Positions 1-9,038 of a stretch of DNA of 32,000 nucleotides are shown one piece after another; the stretch's first letter is position 1, and the number at the start of each line of letters is the position of its first letter. A model generated the notes under the pieces. That model saw only the letters and a list, made by a program, of their open reading frames with translations. It was not told the DNA's origin and made no database searches. Source of the DNA: Prochlorococcus marinus str. NATL2A (GTDB lineage: Bacteria; Cyanobacteriota; Cyanobacteriia; PCC-6307; Cyanobiaceae); contig NC_007335.2 in the NCBI RefSeq assembly GCF_000012465.1, forward strand, positions 510,001-542,000. The letters run 5' to 3'. The position numbers and the translations under genes were made by a program.

Positions 1-2
1 AA

Positions 3-731
3 TTAATTCCTGGCCGTGTTTCAACAGAGGTTGATGCAAGACTAAGCTTTGATACTGATGCGACCATTGAAAAAGCAAGAAAAATAATTGCTAAATATAA
101 TGCAGATGGTATTTCTAATGATCGTGTTTTAATCAAAATTGCCTCTACGTGGGAGGGAATAAAAGCTGCTGAAGTATTAGAAAAAGAGAATATTCATTGC
201 AACTTAACTTTGTTGTTTAATTTTTATCAAGCAGTTGCTTGTGCTGAGGCAGGTGTAACGCTTATTTCACCCTTTGTTGGAAGAATTTTAGATTGGTATA
301 AATCTGCTACAGGAAGGGATTCTTATCCAGCGACTGAGGACCCAGGGGTAGTTTCGGTTACTAAAATATTTAATTTTTTCAAGTCAAATGGTTATAAGAC
401 AGAGGTCATGGGAGCAAGTTTCAGAAATATAGAGGAAATAACCGAGCTTGCAGGATGTGATCTCTTAACGATTTCTCCCAAATTACTTCAGCAACTTAAT
501 GAAACTCATATGGACTTGCCCATTAAGTTGAATGCACAAAAACCTTTAGTCATTGAAGAGAAAATACATCTAGACCAGACTTCTTTTGAACTAATGATGG
601 CTGGAGATAAAATGGCTACGGAAAAACTTGACGATGGAATTAGCGGTTTTAGTAAAGCAATTGATAAATTAGAAAATCAATTGAACGAAAGACTTGAGTT
701 GATTGAAGGAGAAGTTGCCCTAACTCACTGA
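3..731 (+). CDS. tal: transaldolase, 5' end outside window
   Basis: The frame is open from the window edge. The translation [19 protein letters not shown]...[33 protein letters not shown]...[13 protein letters not shown] carries the classic transaldolase B signature blocks. The listed ORF 210..731 is only the part after an internal Met. Confidence 0.93.
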   Translation, partial: LIPGRVSTEVDARLSFDTDATIEKARKIIAKYNADGISNDRVLIKIASTWEGIKAAEVLEKENIHCNLTLLFNFYQAVACAEAGVTLISPFVGRILDWYKSATGRDSYPATEDPGVVSVTKIFNFFKSNGYKTEVMGASFRNIEEITELAGCDLLTISPKLLQQLNETHMDLPIKLNAQKPLVIEEKIHLDQTSFELMMAGDKMATEKLDDGISGFSKAIDKLENQLNERLELIEGEVALTH

Positions 732-734
732 GCT

Positions 735-1865
735 TTAATTTTGAAAGAGTAATCGCTTGATTACTCTTTTTGCAATGTCTTCATAACTCATCTCACCTGA
801 AAGAATTTGTGCAATTCTTTTTGGAGCAGTAGGCCTTTTTACACCTAATTGGTATCCGACTTTGGGAAAACGATAAAAAACTTGAGAAATTCTTTTACCC
901 CAAGCCATCGAATTCCCCCAGTTTATTTGCATCGTATTTGTATATGCGTCTAAACAATTCACTTCTCCATCTAGCCAATAAATAAGGCTTTTTGCAGCTT
1001 CAAATCCACTCATCAAAGCGGGCCTTAATCCTTCCGCTAAAAAGGGATCACATAATGAGGCGGCATCGCCAACCAAGAGAATTCCTTCTCCGTTTAATTT
1101 ACAGTGGCCATTCCATATCCTTAATTTTTTTTCATGACCAATTACTTCAGAAGGATCAAAACATAAATCAGGAAGAAATGATTTAAGTATTTCATTAACT
1201 GGAAGTGAATTCTTATTATCTAGGAAAGTTCCCATCCCAATATTTACTTCATTGTCTAATGGAAAGGCCCATGCAAATCCATTTTTTACTAGACCAAATT
1301 CAAATCTAGCAGTTTCATTCCTTAAATTTCCCCTCCTTTTAATTCTCCCTGAGAAAGTGGAGGCAAATTTCTGTTGAGTTGGACCTAAATTAAAAGTTTT
1401 AGGCCATGGCGATTGAGAACCATCAGCAATAACAACTGCTCTTGCCTCTATTTGTCTCCCATCAAGAGCGGTAATATGCCAGACATTAGATTTTTTTTTT
1501 ATATCGACTACCTTAAAAGTAGTCAATAAATTACAACCAGAATTTAGTGCTTGATCTAATAAGAATGAATCAAGTTTTTCACGTTTAACTATCCAAAAGG
1601 GAGAAGATCCCGAGAGCTCAGCGACTACCTTGTCGGTATTGCACCAACTAAACTCTACATTTGTTATTACTTCATCAACTATTGGTAAAAGTTTAAAAGG
1701 AAACCAGTTTTGCACTGCAGCAGACATTCCACCCCCGCAAATTCTCTCTGAAGAAAAAATATTTTTTTCAAGAATACATACCTTTTTACTATTACTAGCC
1801 AGATGAAATGCTGTAGTAGTACCTGATGCTCCCCCTCCAATAATGGCAACATCTATGAGGGTCAA
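735..1865 (-). CDS. FAD-dependent oxidoreductase, geranylgeranyl-reductase/FixC-like
   Basis: 376-aa ORF. The N-terminal [15 protein letters not shown] is a GxGxxG dinucleotide-binding motif, and [17 protein letters not shown] is the GD-type flavin motif. The apparent TTG start overlaps the frr stop (TTGA). Confidence 0.8.
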   Translation of the reverse strand: MTLIDVAIIGGGASGTTTAFHLASNSKKVCILEKNIFSSERICGGGMSAAVQNWFPFKLLPIVDEVITNVEFSWCNTDKVVAELSGSSPFWIVKREKLDSFLLDQALNSGCNLLTTFKVVDIKKKSNVWHITALDGRQIEARAVVIADGSQSPWPKTFNLGPTQQKFASTFSGRIKRRGNLRNETARFEFGLVKNGFAWAFPLDNEVNIGMGTFLDNKNSLPVNEILKSFLPDLCFDPSEVIGHEKKLRIWNGHCKLNGEGILLVGDAASLCDPFLAEGLRPALMSGFEAAKSLIYWLDGEVNCLDAYTNTMQINWGNSMAWGKRISQVFYRFPKVGYQLGVKRPTAPKRIAQILSGEMSYEDIAKRVIKRLLFQN

Positions 1866-2410
1866 ACTTTTAAAATCTCAGCTTCTTTTTCTGAAAGTTT
1901 TTTTTCAATATCTTTAATAAAATTGTCCGTCTCTTTCTGAATTGTTTCTTGTTCATCTCTGCTTTGATCTTCTGAAAGATCACCATCCTTTTCAGATTTT
2001 TTGACTCTATCTATTGCTTCACGGCGTATATTTCTTAAGGCAACTTTTCCTTCCTCTGCATACTTGGATGCGAGTTTGCAAAATTCTTTTCTACGCTCTT
2101 CAGTCAATGGTGGAACATTTATACGAATTATCTTGCCATCATTATTTGGCGTAAAACCTAGATCACTTGTTGCAATTGCTTTTTCGATTGAAGCTAATGA
2201 GCCTAAGTCGAAGGGTTGAATTGCTATCGTTTGAGAGTCAGGGGTAGTGATAGTTGCGAGAGATTTTAATGGAGTTTCAGCCCCGTAGTATTCAACTGAT
2301 ATTCTGTCTAATAAAGATGTATTTGCCCTCCCCGTCCTGATGGTATTGAAATTCCTCTGAGCTGCCTCTATAGATTTGCTCATTGTGGTTTTTAGCTCTT
2401 GATTTGACAT
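1862..2410 (-). CDS. frr: ribosome recycling factor
   Basis: 182 aa with RRF family blocks ([42 protein letters not shown]). It shows the conserved pyrH-frr adjacency. Confidence 0.95.
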   Translation of the reverse strand: MSNQELKTTMSKSIEAAQRNFNTIRTGRANTSLLDRISVEYYGAETPLKSLATITTPDSQTIAIQPFDLGSLASIEKAIATSDLGFTPNNDGKIIRINVPPLTEERRKEFCKLASKYAEEGKVALRNIRREAIDRVKKSEKDGDLSEDQSRDEQETIQKETDNFIKDIEKKLSEKEAEILKV

Positions 2411-2439
2411 TCAGATAAAGTTATTGCGAATTGATTTTT

Positions 2440-2474
2440 AAAAGTTTAAAAAGCTTAAAAAGCTTAAAAAGTTT
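2440..2474. repeat. four tandem 9-bp units AAAA(A)G[C/T]TT (phased A-tracts) between pyrH and frr
   Basis: The sequence reads AAAAGTTT AAAAAGCTT AAAAAGCTT AAAAAGTTT. Confidence 0.8.
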
Positions 2475-2478
2475 AATT

Positions 2479-3192
2479 TTAACTTGAATTAGAAATTCTT
2501 GATCCAATTGGTTCACCAGAAATTGCTTTAGCAATATTCCCAGGTTGGAAAATATTAAATACAACTATTGGGATTTTATTATCTTTGCAAAGAGCGATAG
2601 CAGTGCTATCCATTACTCCTATTTCGTTAGCCAATACATCTTGAAAGGTGAGATTGTCATATTTGACAGCATCAGTGAATTTTTTTGGATCTCGATCGTA
2701 AACCCCATCAACTTTCGTAGCTTTGAAAACAACTTCGGCGTTAATTTCAGCGGCCCTAAGTGCAGCAGTGGTATCAGTTGTAAAAAATGGATTGCCGCAA
2801 CCACCTCCAAAAACTACTACTCTTCCTTTTTCAAGATGTCTTATTGCTCTTCTTCTTATGTACGGTTCTGCAATCTGTTGCATGTCAATAGCAGATTGAA
2901 CTCTTGTAGGTACTCCAGCTCTTTCTAATCCATCTTGAAGTGTAATTGCATTCATTACGGTTGCAAGCATCCCTACATAGTCAGCCGTGGCTCTATCCAT
3001 TCCTGCCGCTGATCCTTTTAAACCTCTAAAAATATTTCCGCCGCCAACAACAATTGCTATTTGCGTGCCATTTTCAACCACTTTTGAAACATCCTTGGCA
3101 ATTGATTGAACAATTTCAGGATCAATCCCATAAGGTTTATCTCCCATAAGAGCTTCACCACTGAGTTTTATTAGTGCTCTAGAGTATGTCAT
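2479..3192 (-). CDS. pyrH: uridylate (UMP) kinase
   Basis: Blocks [34 protein letters not shown] and [10 protein letters not shown] are typical of bacterial UMP kinase. I prefer the ATG at 3192 ([13 protein letters not shown]) over the upstream TTG at 3222 used by the ORF track. Confidence 0.92.
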   Translation of the reverse strand: MTYSRALIKLSGEALMGDKPYGIDPEIVQSIAKDVSKVVENGTQIAIVVGGGNIFRGLKGSAAGMDRATADYVGMLATVMNAITLQDGLERAGVPTRVQSAIDMQQIAEPYIRRRAIRHLEKGRVVVFGGGCGNPFFTTDTTAALRAAEINAEVVFKATKVDGVYDRDPKKFTDAVKYDNLTFQDVLANEIGVMDSTAIALCKDNKIPIVVFNIFQPGNIAKAISGEPIGSRISNSS

Positions 3193-3289
3193 TAAAAATT
3201 CATAACAATTTGACAGTAGCAAGTCCTGGGTGAACGTCTTGAAATCTGTATTGGATCCCTTGCGATGGAAATATTCTTAGGACTATAGA

Positions 3290-3982
3290 TTAATATTCAA
3301 TTCCTTCTTGTGCTTTTATTCCCTGCTCTCTAAAGGGGTGGTGGATTAATTTCATTTCTGTCACAAGATCAGCTGAATTGATTAATTTTTCTGAGGCTCC
3401 TCTTCCAGTCAAGACTATATGTGTAAGTTCTGGACGCAAATTTATACCATTTATAATTTCATCTTCATCAATATATCCAAGTTTTATTGCAACAATGATC
3501 TCGTCTAAAATTATAAGTTTATAATTTGGGTCTTTAATATATGAGACCGCCTTTCTCCAGCTTGACTTGACTAAATTTATATCTCTATTTCTATCTTGTG
3601 TTTCCCACGTGAACCCTTCCCCACATGCATGAAACTTTAACTTATCCCCAAATATTTTGAAAGCTAATGACTCACCTGGTTCCCATCCACCTTTGATAAA
3701 TTGAATTATTGCAACATTGTGGTTATGACCAATAGTTCTTAATCCCATACCAAGAGCAGCTGTAGTTTTACCTTTACCTTGACCTGTATTAACTATTATT
3801 AGACCTTTTTCTTTTTTTCTTTCTTTTAATCTTTGTGTTTGAACTTCTTTTCTCTTTTGCATTCGTTCTTTATATTTTTCTTCGGTCATATTTGGTATTA
3901 AATTACCACCCATTCCGATTCTTTCTGCACTCTTATCTAGCTTATTAAGTCTTGAATCCTCTTTAGTGATTTTATTTTTCAT
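3290..3982 (-). CDS. cobO: cob(I)yrinic acid a,c-diamide adenosyltransferase (CobO/BtuR type)
   Basis: 230 aa with P-loop TGQGKGKTTAALG and blocks VAIIQFIKG, LIILDEI and VLTGR typical of CobO/BtuR. It has a Lys/Glu-rich N-terminal extension. Confidence 0.85.
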   Translation of the reverse strand: MKNKITKEDSRLNKLDKSAERIGMGGNLIPNMTEEKYKERMQKRKEVQTQRLKERKKEKGLIIVNTGQGKGKTTAALGMGLRTIGHNHNVAIIQFIKGGWEPGESLAFKIFGDKLKFHACGEGFTWETQDRNRDINLVKSSWRKAVSYIKDPNYKLIILDEIIVAIKLGYIDEDEIINGINLRPELTHIVLTGRGASEKLINSADLVTEMKLIHHPFREQGIKAQEGIEY

Positions 3983-4064
3983 TTCCTTGGCTTAAATTAA
4001 ATAAGTTAATAAAAGAATAATTTTCAAAAAAAGATATAGCTATAAATATTAATTATTCTTCTTG

Positions 4065-5225
4065 TTAATATTTGACTCTAGATAGAGCACTATCGACTGC
4101 AATTTGCTGATCTCTTCTTGTTATCCAATGATGATAGGTTTTTGTATGTATTGACACTGAGTGTCCCATCATTTTTGCAGCTACAGTATTTGGTAGGCCT
4201 ATTAAGATGGTCCTAACTGCCCATGCATGTCTTAAATCATAGGGGGTAAAAGATATTTCATATCTTCTAAATTGCTCAGATACTCTTCTTCCTATATGTT
4301 GAAGAGTTGTCTCTTTTAGATCTGTTTTAATATCTGGGAGTAAATCTGAAGTATCAGTTATGTTCCCTAGCTCAAATAAAGCAACCCATTCAGGATGAAA
4401 TGGCCAAACTTGATGCTCTCCTGTCTTCGTATTTGGGAAAACCCGGAGTATTTTATCCCCACCTTTTTTTAAACAAGATAAGTCACTAAAAAAGACTTCA
4501 TGATTTCTAAGCCCATAAGTTGCCATTAACGCATAAACAAATCTCCATTTTGGATTTGGTATTAATTGAAAGCTATTAATAATTTCTTTATCACTAGGTA
4601 ACTCTCTGAAATTTGATTCGTGTATTCCATAACCACTTTGAAGTTGCTTCCAGTTCTTGGGTAGCTCTACTTTAAGGTGCCTAGCTAAAGCACTTAAAGC
4701 AATTCCACATTGTTGCCTGCTCCTTGAATTTTCTCTGTAACTTAAAAGGATTTTCACTAGGAGCTCCTCGCTTAATTTAAGAGTAGATTTATGACTTACT
4801 GCAATTAATCTGTTCAAATAGGGTTTGTAAGCAGACTGCCAAGTGCTGATCATTCCGGCTGATGATTTGCTCCTGGATGTATCAGAAAAAAATTGTCTTT
4901 TAAAACTTTCTATTTCATTGCTTATTACGGTTTTATTAGTCTTTGTTGATGAGAGAGCTTTCTCTTTAATCCAATTAGACCAACAAAATTGATTTTTTTT
5001 AAGTTGAAAATCTATCAATTCTATAGCTTTTCTAGCCTCTTCTAGACCGTTAATGTCGTGTGGAAGTTTCAGACTTATTCTTTGAACTTTAGAAAGATTA
5101 TGAGATTTTTTATCTGGCAAAGAACCACGAATGTTTAAAACTTTACCCCTTTTCTCAATTCTTAGATTGATTCCCTTTGATTCAAGGTCATGGTTGATAT
5201 CTAGTAACTTTTGATTCTCGTCCAT
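4065..5225 (-). CDS. tyrosine site-specific recombinase (phage-integrase family), stand-alone
   Basis: 386 aa. The C-terminal catalytic domain has candidate R (ATYGLRNHEV), H-x-x-R (YDLRHAWAVR) and H...Y (MMGHSVSIHTKTYHHW) boxes, so it appears intact. Confidence 0.82.
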   Translation of the reverse strand: MDENQKLLDINHDLESKGINLRIEKRGKVLNIRGSLPDKKSHNLSKVQRISLKLPHDINGLEEARKAIELIDFQLKKNQFCWSNWIKEKALSSTKTNKTVISNEIESFKRQFFSDTSRSKSSAGMISTWQSAYKPYLNRLIAVSHKSTLKLSEELLVKILLSYRENSRSRQQCGIALSALARHLKVELPKNWKQLQSGYGIHESNFRELPSDKEIINSFQLIPNPKWRFVYALMATYGLRNHEVFFSDLSCLKKGGDKILRVFPNTKTGEHQVWPFHPEWVALFELGNITDTSDLLPDIKTDLKETTLQHIGRRVSEQFRRYEISFTPYDLRHAWAVRTILIGLPNTVAAKMMGHSVSIHTKTYHHWITRRDQQIAVDSALSRVKY

Positions 5226-5296
5226 GATCCTGTAAATTTAGTTAGCTTTACTTTGATAAGGGTTTGTATATCCTTTTATAAGGAGTTTTTTCTAAA

Positions 5297-6472
5297 ATGG
5301 CTCGGGTTGGTGTCCTCTTATTAAATCTCGGAGGTCCTGAGAGGATTAAGGACGTGGGACCATTTTTGTATAATTTATTTTCTGATCCAGAGATAATTCG
5401 TTTACCAGTGCGTGCTTTTCAAAAACCTCTGGCTTGGCTTATAAGCTTATTAAGAAGTAGTAAATCACAAGAGGCTTATAGATCAATTGGAGGTGGATCA
5501 CCTTTGCGTCGTATTACCGAGCAACAGGCAAGAGAACTCCAAAGCTATCTAAGAAATATAGGAATAGACGCTACAACATATGTCGCAATGAGGTATTGGC
5601 ATCCATTTACTGAGTCAGCTGTAGCGGATATGAAGGCTGACGGTGTTAGCGAAGTTGTTGTTTTACCTCTTTATCCCCATTTTTCTATAAGTACAAGTGG
5701 ATCCAGCTTTAGAGAATTGAAAAGGTTAAAAGATGGTGACGATGAGTTTGCAGAATTATCAATTCGTTGTATCCGAAGCTGGTTTGATCATCCAGCCTAT
5801 GTCTCTTCAATGGCTGAATTAATAAAGAAGCAAATCTTAGCTTGTGATTTACCCCAAGAGTCCCACGTTTTTTTTACTGCACATGGTGTTCCTAAAAGCT
5901 ATGTAGAAGAAGCCGGTGATCCATATCAAGATCAAATACAGAACTGTTCACTTTTGATTATTGACCAGCTTGAAAATTCGCTTGGATTCACCAATTCATT
6001 TTCACTCGCTTATCAAAGCAGAGTAGGCCCAGAAGAGTGGCTCAAACCATATACCGAAGAAGTATTAGAAAAATTAGGAAAATCAGGTGTTAAGGAACTT
6101 GTCGTGGTCCCAATAAGTTTTGTGAGTGAGCATATTGAAACTCTCCAAGAGATTGATATCGAGTACAAAGAAATTGCTCAGAAAAATGGAATTGTTAATT
6201 TTAAAAGAGTTCCAGCTCTTGATGTCTATCCGTTGTTTATTGAAGGATTGGCCGATCTAGTTTCTTCTTGCTTAAACGGCGAGGGAATTAGTTTAGAGGA
6301 AGCATCAAAATTGCCAGAAAGAGTAAAACTTTATCCTCAAGAGAAATGGCAATGGGGTTGGAATAACAGCTCTGAAGTTTGGAATGGAAGAGTTGCAATG
6401 ATTGTGTTTCTTAGCTTTTTGATGGAATTAATAATTGGTGGTGGTCCTTTACACCAAATAGGATTGCTCTAA
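5297..6472 (+). CDS. hemH: ferrochelatase with C-terminal chlorophyll a/b-binding (CAB/Hlip-like) helix
   Basis: 391 aa with ferrochelatase blocks ([43 protein letters not shown]). The C-terminal tail [20 protein letters not shown] is the CAB-type membrane helix found in cyanobacterial and plastid ferrochelatases. Confidence 0.95.
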   Translation: MARVGVLLLNLGGPERIKDVGPFLYNLFSDPEIIRLPVRAFQKPLAWLISLLRSSKSQEAYRSIGGGSPLRRITEQQARELQSYLRNIGIDATTYVAMRYWHPFTESAVADMKADGVSEVVVLPLYPHFSISTSGSSFRELKRLKDGDDEFAELSIRCIRSWFDHPAYVSSMAELIKKQILACDLPQESHVFFTAHGVPKSYVEEAGDPYQDQIQNCSLLIIDQLENSLGFTNSFSLAYQSRVGPEEWLKPYTEEVLEKLGKSGVKELVVVPISFVSEHIETLQEIDIEYKEIAQKNGIVNFKRVPALDVYPLFIEGLADLVSSCLNGEGISLEEASKLPERVKLYPQEKWQWGWNNSSEVWNGRVAMIVFLSFLMELIIGGGPLHQIGLL

Positions 6473-6493
6473 AGAATTAAAATAACTATTTGT

Positions 6494-6515
6494 GTTGATT
6501 AGTTTGATAATCAAC
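6494..6515 (+). terminator. AT-rich hairpin downstream of hemH (GTTGATTA-N6-TAATCAAC)
   Basis: Perfect 8-bp inverted repeat with a 6-nt loop, 22 nt after the hemH stop. The downstream T content is modest, so this is a weak intrinsic-terminator candidate. Confidence 0.4.
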
Positions 6516-6617
6516 TTGCTGTTAAAACTTAGAGAATTTAATTAAATCTTTGCTTAATTTAGTTGAATTGAAATTATGCATACTAAGATTTATTGTTAGT
6601 TTAGATTTTCTTCTGCC

Positions 6618-8366
6618 GTGACCCTGACTTCTACGCCTAATCAAATAGAAGATTCAGGGACACAAACTCAATATGAGATGTCAGGAGCTGATGCCTTGAT
6701 GGATTCTCTTCGTAGGCATGGAGTCGATACTATTTTTGGTTATCCTGGCGGAGCAATCCTCCCAATATATGACGCGGTTTTTAAAGCGGAGCAAGAGGGA
6801 TGGTTAAAACACATTCTTGTTCGACATGAACAAGGTGGAACTCATGCTGCAGATGGTTTTGCTAGAGCGACGGGGAAAGTTGGGGTTTGTTTTGGCACAT
6901 CAGGTCCAGGCGCTACGAATCTAGTCACAGGAATAGCAACCGCTCAGATGGATTCTGTACCTCTTGTCGTCATAACAGGGCAAGTTCCTAGACCTGCTAT
7001 TGGAACTGATGCTTTTCAAGAAACAGATATTTTTGGAATAACACTTCCAATTGTTAAACATTCATGGGTCGTAAGAGATCCCTCTGAAATTGCAAAAGTT
7101 GTAGCACAAGCCTTTCTCATCGCTTCGTCGGGTAGACCAGGCCCTGTTTTGATTGACATACCGAAAGATGTTGGACAAGAGATGTTTAAATATGTTCCTG
7201 TTGAGCCTGGTTCAATAAAGCCACTAGGGTTTGAACTACCATTCGCGCCAGAACATAAAGCCATAAGTTCAGCCTTAGATCTAATTGAAAATGCTGAGCA
7301 ACCACTCCTTTACGTTGGCGGCGGTGTTATTTCTTCGGGGGCACATGAAACTCTGGCTGCGATTGCTAATAGATATCAAATACCTGTAACAACAACTTTA
7401 ATGGGCAAAGGCGCTTTTGATGAACGTGATCCTTTATCAGTTGGAATGCTTGGTATGCATGGAACAGCTTATGCCAACTTTGCTGTGACTGAATGTGATT
7501 TGTTGATTGCCATTGGAGCAAGATTTGACGACAGAGTTACAGGTAAATTAGATACTTTTGCTCCTAAAGCAAAAGTAATTCATTTTGAGATTGATCCTGC
7601 TGAAATAAATAAAAATAGAGTTGTTGAAGTTTCTGTATTAGGTGATGTTGGAATTAGCCTTGTTAAATTATTAGATCTCAGCAACCAAAGGAAAACAAAT
7701 CCAAGAACTTCTCAATGGCTTAACAAAATTAAAAACTGGAAAAATAATTTTCCTTTGATAACTCCCCCTAAAGAAGGAGAAATTTATCCACAGGAAGTTT
7801 TAATTGCGTTGAGAGATTTGGCTCAAGATGCTTACATTACAACTGATGTTGGACAACATCAGATGTGGGCTGCTCAGTACTTGTTAAATGGACCAAGACA
7901 ATGGATTAGCAGTGCCGGACTTGGGACAATGGGCTTTGGAATGCCCGCTGCAATGGGAGTCAAAGTTGCTTTGCCTAAGGAGAAAGTAATTTGTATCGCC
8001 GGTGATGCAAGTATCCTCATGAATATTCAGGAGCTTGGAACTATTGCTCAATATAAGTTGAATTTAAAAGTAATTATCATCAATAATCATTGGCAAGGGA
8101 TGGTTAGGCAATGGCAAGAAAGTTTTTACGATGAACGATATTCGGCATCTAACATGTCTGTTGGGGAGCCTGACTTTATTTCGCTATCTAAGGCTTTTGG
8201 AATTGAGGGTATAGTAATTTCAGAAAGAGAAAACCTAATTCCTCAACTCCAAAAAGCATTGGAAAATGAAGGACCAGTTCTTGTTAACGTAAATGTAAGA
8301 AAAGGTGAAAATTGTTACCCTATGGTGCCACCCGGGAAAAGTAATGCTGAAATGGTTGGCATATAA
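6618..8366 (+). CDS. ilvB: acetolactate synthase (acetohydroxyacid synthase) large subunit
   Basis: 582 aa, ThDP enzyme blocks (GYPGGAILPIYDA, GTSGPGATNLVTGIA, GLGTMGFGMPAAMG, GDASILMNIQEL). The start is uncertain: GTG at 6618 per the ORF track, or ATG at 6678 (MSGADALMDSL). Confidence 0.93.
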   Translation: MTLTSTPNQIEDSGTQTQYEMSGADALMDSLRRHGVDTIFGYPGGAILPIYDAVFKAEQEGWLKHILVRHEQGGTHAADGFARATGKVGVCFGTSGPGATNLVTGIATAQMDSVPLVVITGQVPRPAIGTDAFQETDIFGITLPIVKHSWVVRDPSEIAKVVAQAFLIASSGRPGPVLIDIPKDVGQEMFKYVPVEPGSIKPLGFELPFAPEHKAISSALDLIENAEQPLLYVGGGVISSGAHETLAAIANRYQIPVTTTLMGKGAFDERDPLSVGMLGMHGTAYANFAVTECDLLIAIGARFDDRVTGKLDTFAPKAKVIHFEIDPAEINKNRVVEVSVLGDVGISLVKLLDLSNQRKTNPRTSQWLNKIKNWKNNFPLITPPKEGEIYPQEVLIALRDLAQDAYITTDVGQHQMWAAQYLLNGPRQWISSAGLGTMGFGMPAAMGVKVALPKEKVICIAGDASILMNIQELGTIAQYKLNLKVIIINNHWQGMVRQWQESFYDERYSASNMSVGEPDFISLSKAFGIEGIVISERENLIPQLQKALENEGPVLVNVNVRKGENCYPMVPPGKSNAEMVGI

Positions 8367-8393
8367 GATAAAGAAATAAGTTAAAAACGTTTT

Positions 8394-8741
8394 ATGAATA
8401 AATTTTTTACAAAGATTTTAATATTATTAGCTTCTCTTTTTTGGTTTCATTCGGGAGTTGATGCCGCTGAAATTTTACAAGTGACTAGTTCGTCTGTTTT
8501 GCTAATCGGAGATCATAATCGTACCTACACTGTGAAATTAGCATGTACAGAAATCACTCCTGATTTAGAAGAAGAATCTCTTAAGTGGCTCAAAAAACAA
8601 CTACCCAGACATACAAAAGTAAATTTAAAACCTAAAGGATCAGTAAATGGTGTTCTAGTTGCCAAAGTTATTCCTTTTGATAGTGAAATCGACATAACTG
8701 AGAAATATATAAATGAAGGATTAGCAACAAATAAATGTTAA
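8394..8741 (+). CDS. small secreted/periplasmic protein, SNase-like OB-fold pattern with degenerate active site
   Basis: 115 aa with an N-terminal hydrophobic signal-like segment (ILILLASLFWFHSGVDA). The mature part follows the thermonuclease layout (VxxVxxxxxLxxG...TVKLAxxE...VNLKPKG...GVLVAKV...INEGLA) but lacks the usual catalytic D/R/E residues. Family assignment comes from pattern only. Confidence 0.55.
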   Translation: MNKFFTKILILLASLFWFHSGVDAAEILQVTSSSVLLIGDHNRTYTVKLACTEITPDLEEESLKWLKKQLPRHTKVNLKPKGSVNGVLVAKVIPFDSEIDITEKYINEGLATNKC

Positions 8742-8775
8742 ATAAATTGTAAACTTCTAGATGAAAATGACTATG

Positions 8776-8803
8776 AATTAATGAAACTCTATTTTCATTA
8801 ATT
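8776..8803. terminator. bidirectional AT-rich hairpin (AATTAATGAAA-N6-TTTCATTAATT)
   Basis: Perfect 11-bp inverted repeat with a 6-nt loop, 35 nt after the stop of the 8394..8741 gene. It also overlaps the stop of a minus-strand mini-ORF (8798..8878). Confidence 0.5.
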
Positions 8804-9038
8804 AGCTTTATTTACTCCTATAAGTATTAAATAGTTTTGTATATGAGTATGTACAAAATCTATGTATATTGATTTCATATTTATCTCCTTTTGTAGAAGC
8901 TCCTATGGCAAAAATCAAATTATTTTCTTGTAACAGATCAGATTAATAAATTCAATATCCTTAAGGATTTATATTTTTATTTATTGCTATCTGTTTAATC
9001 CAAAAACTATATTTGAAATCTATTTTTAGAGGAAATTG

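Noticed and set aside
992-1186. 64-aa plus-strand ORF
   Set aside because: It lies entirely antisense inside the well-supported FixC-like flavoprotein gene, with no family resemblance. It is a typical shadow ORF.
2001-2928. ORFs 2001..2219(+), 2545..2928(+) and 2619..2810(-)
   Set aside because: They are antisense or out of frame within frr and pyrH. Their compositions are low-complexity (Ser/Phe/Ile-rich), as expected from translating AT-rich antisense DNA.
3193-3222. Upstream TTG extension of pyrH ([10 protein letters not shown])
   Set aside because: The conserved UMP-kinase N-terminus begins right after the ATG at 3192, and the 10-residue extension has no homology-like features.
4065-5225. 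Integrase as marker of a prophage or genomic island
   Set aside because: There is no adjacent tRNA, no flanking direct repeats that I could find, no phage-like or cargo genes, and no visible compositional discontinuity. The neighbours (cobO, hemH) are housekeeping genes.
7016-7264. 82-aa minus-strand ORF inside ilvB
   Set aside because: It is a shadow ORF antisense to a strongly conserved ThDP-enzyme region.
8905-8946. 13-codon plus-strand mini-ORF MAKIKLFSCNRSD in the 8742..9038 spacer
   Set aside because: It has no SD, is very short, and is of a kind expected frequently by chance in AT-rich DNA. It is noted only because it lies just beyond the SD of the minus-strand 26-codon ORF, on the opposite strand.
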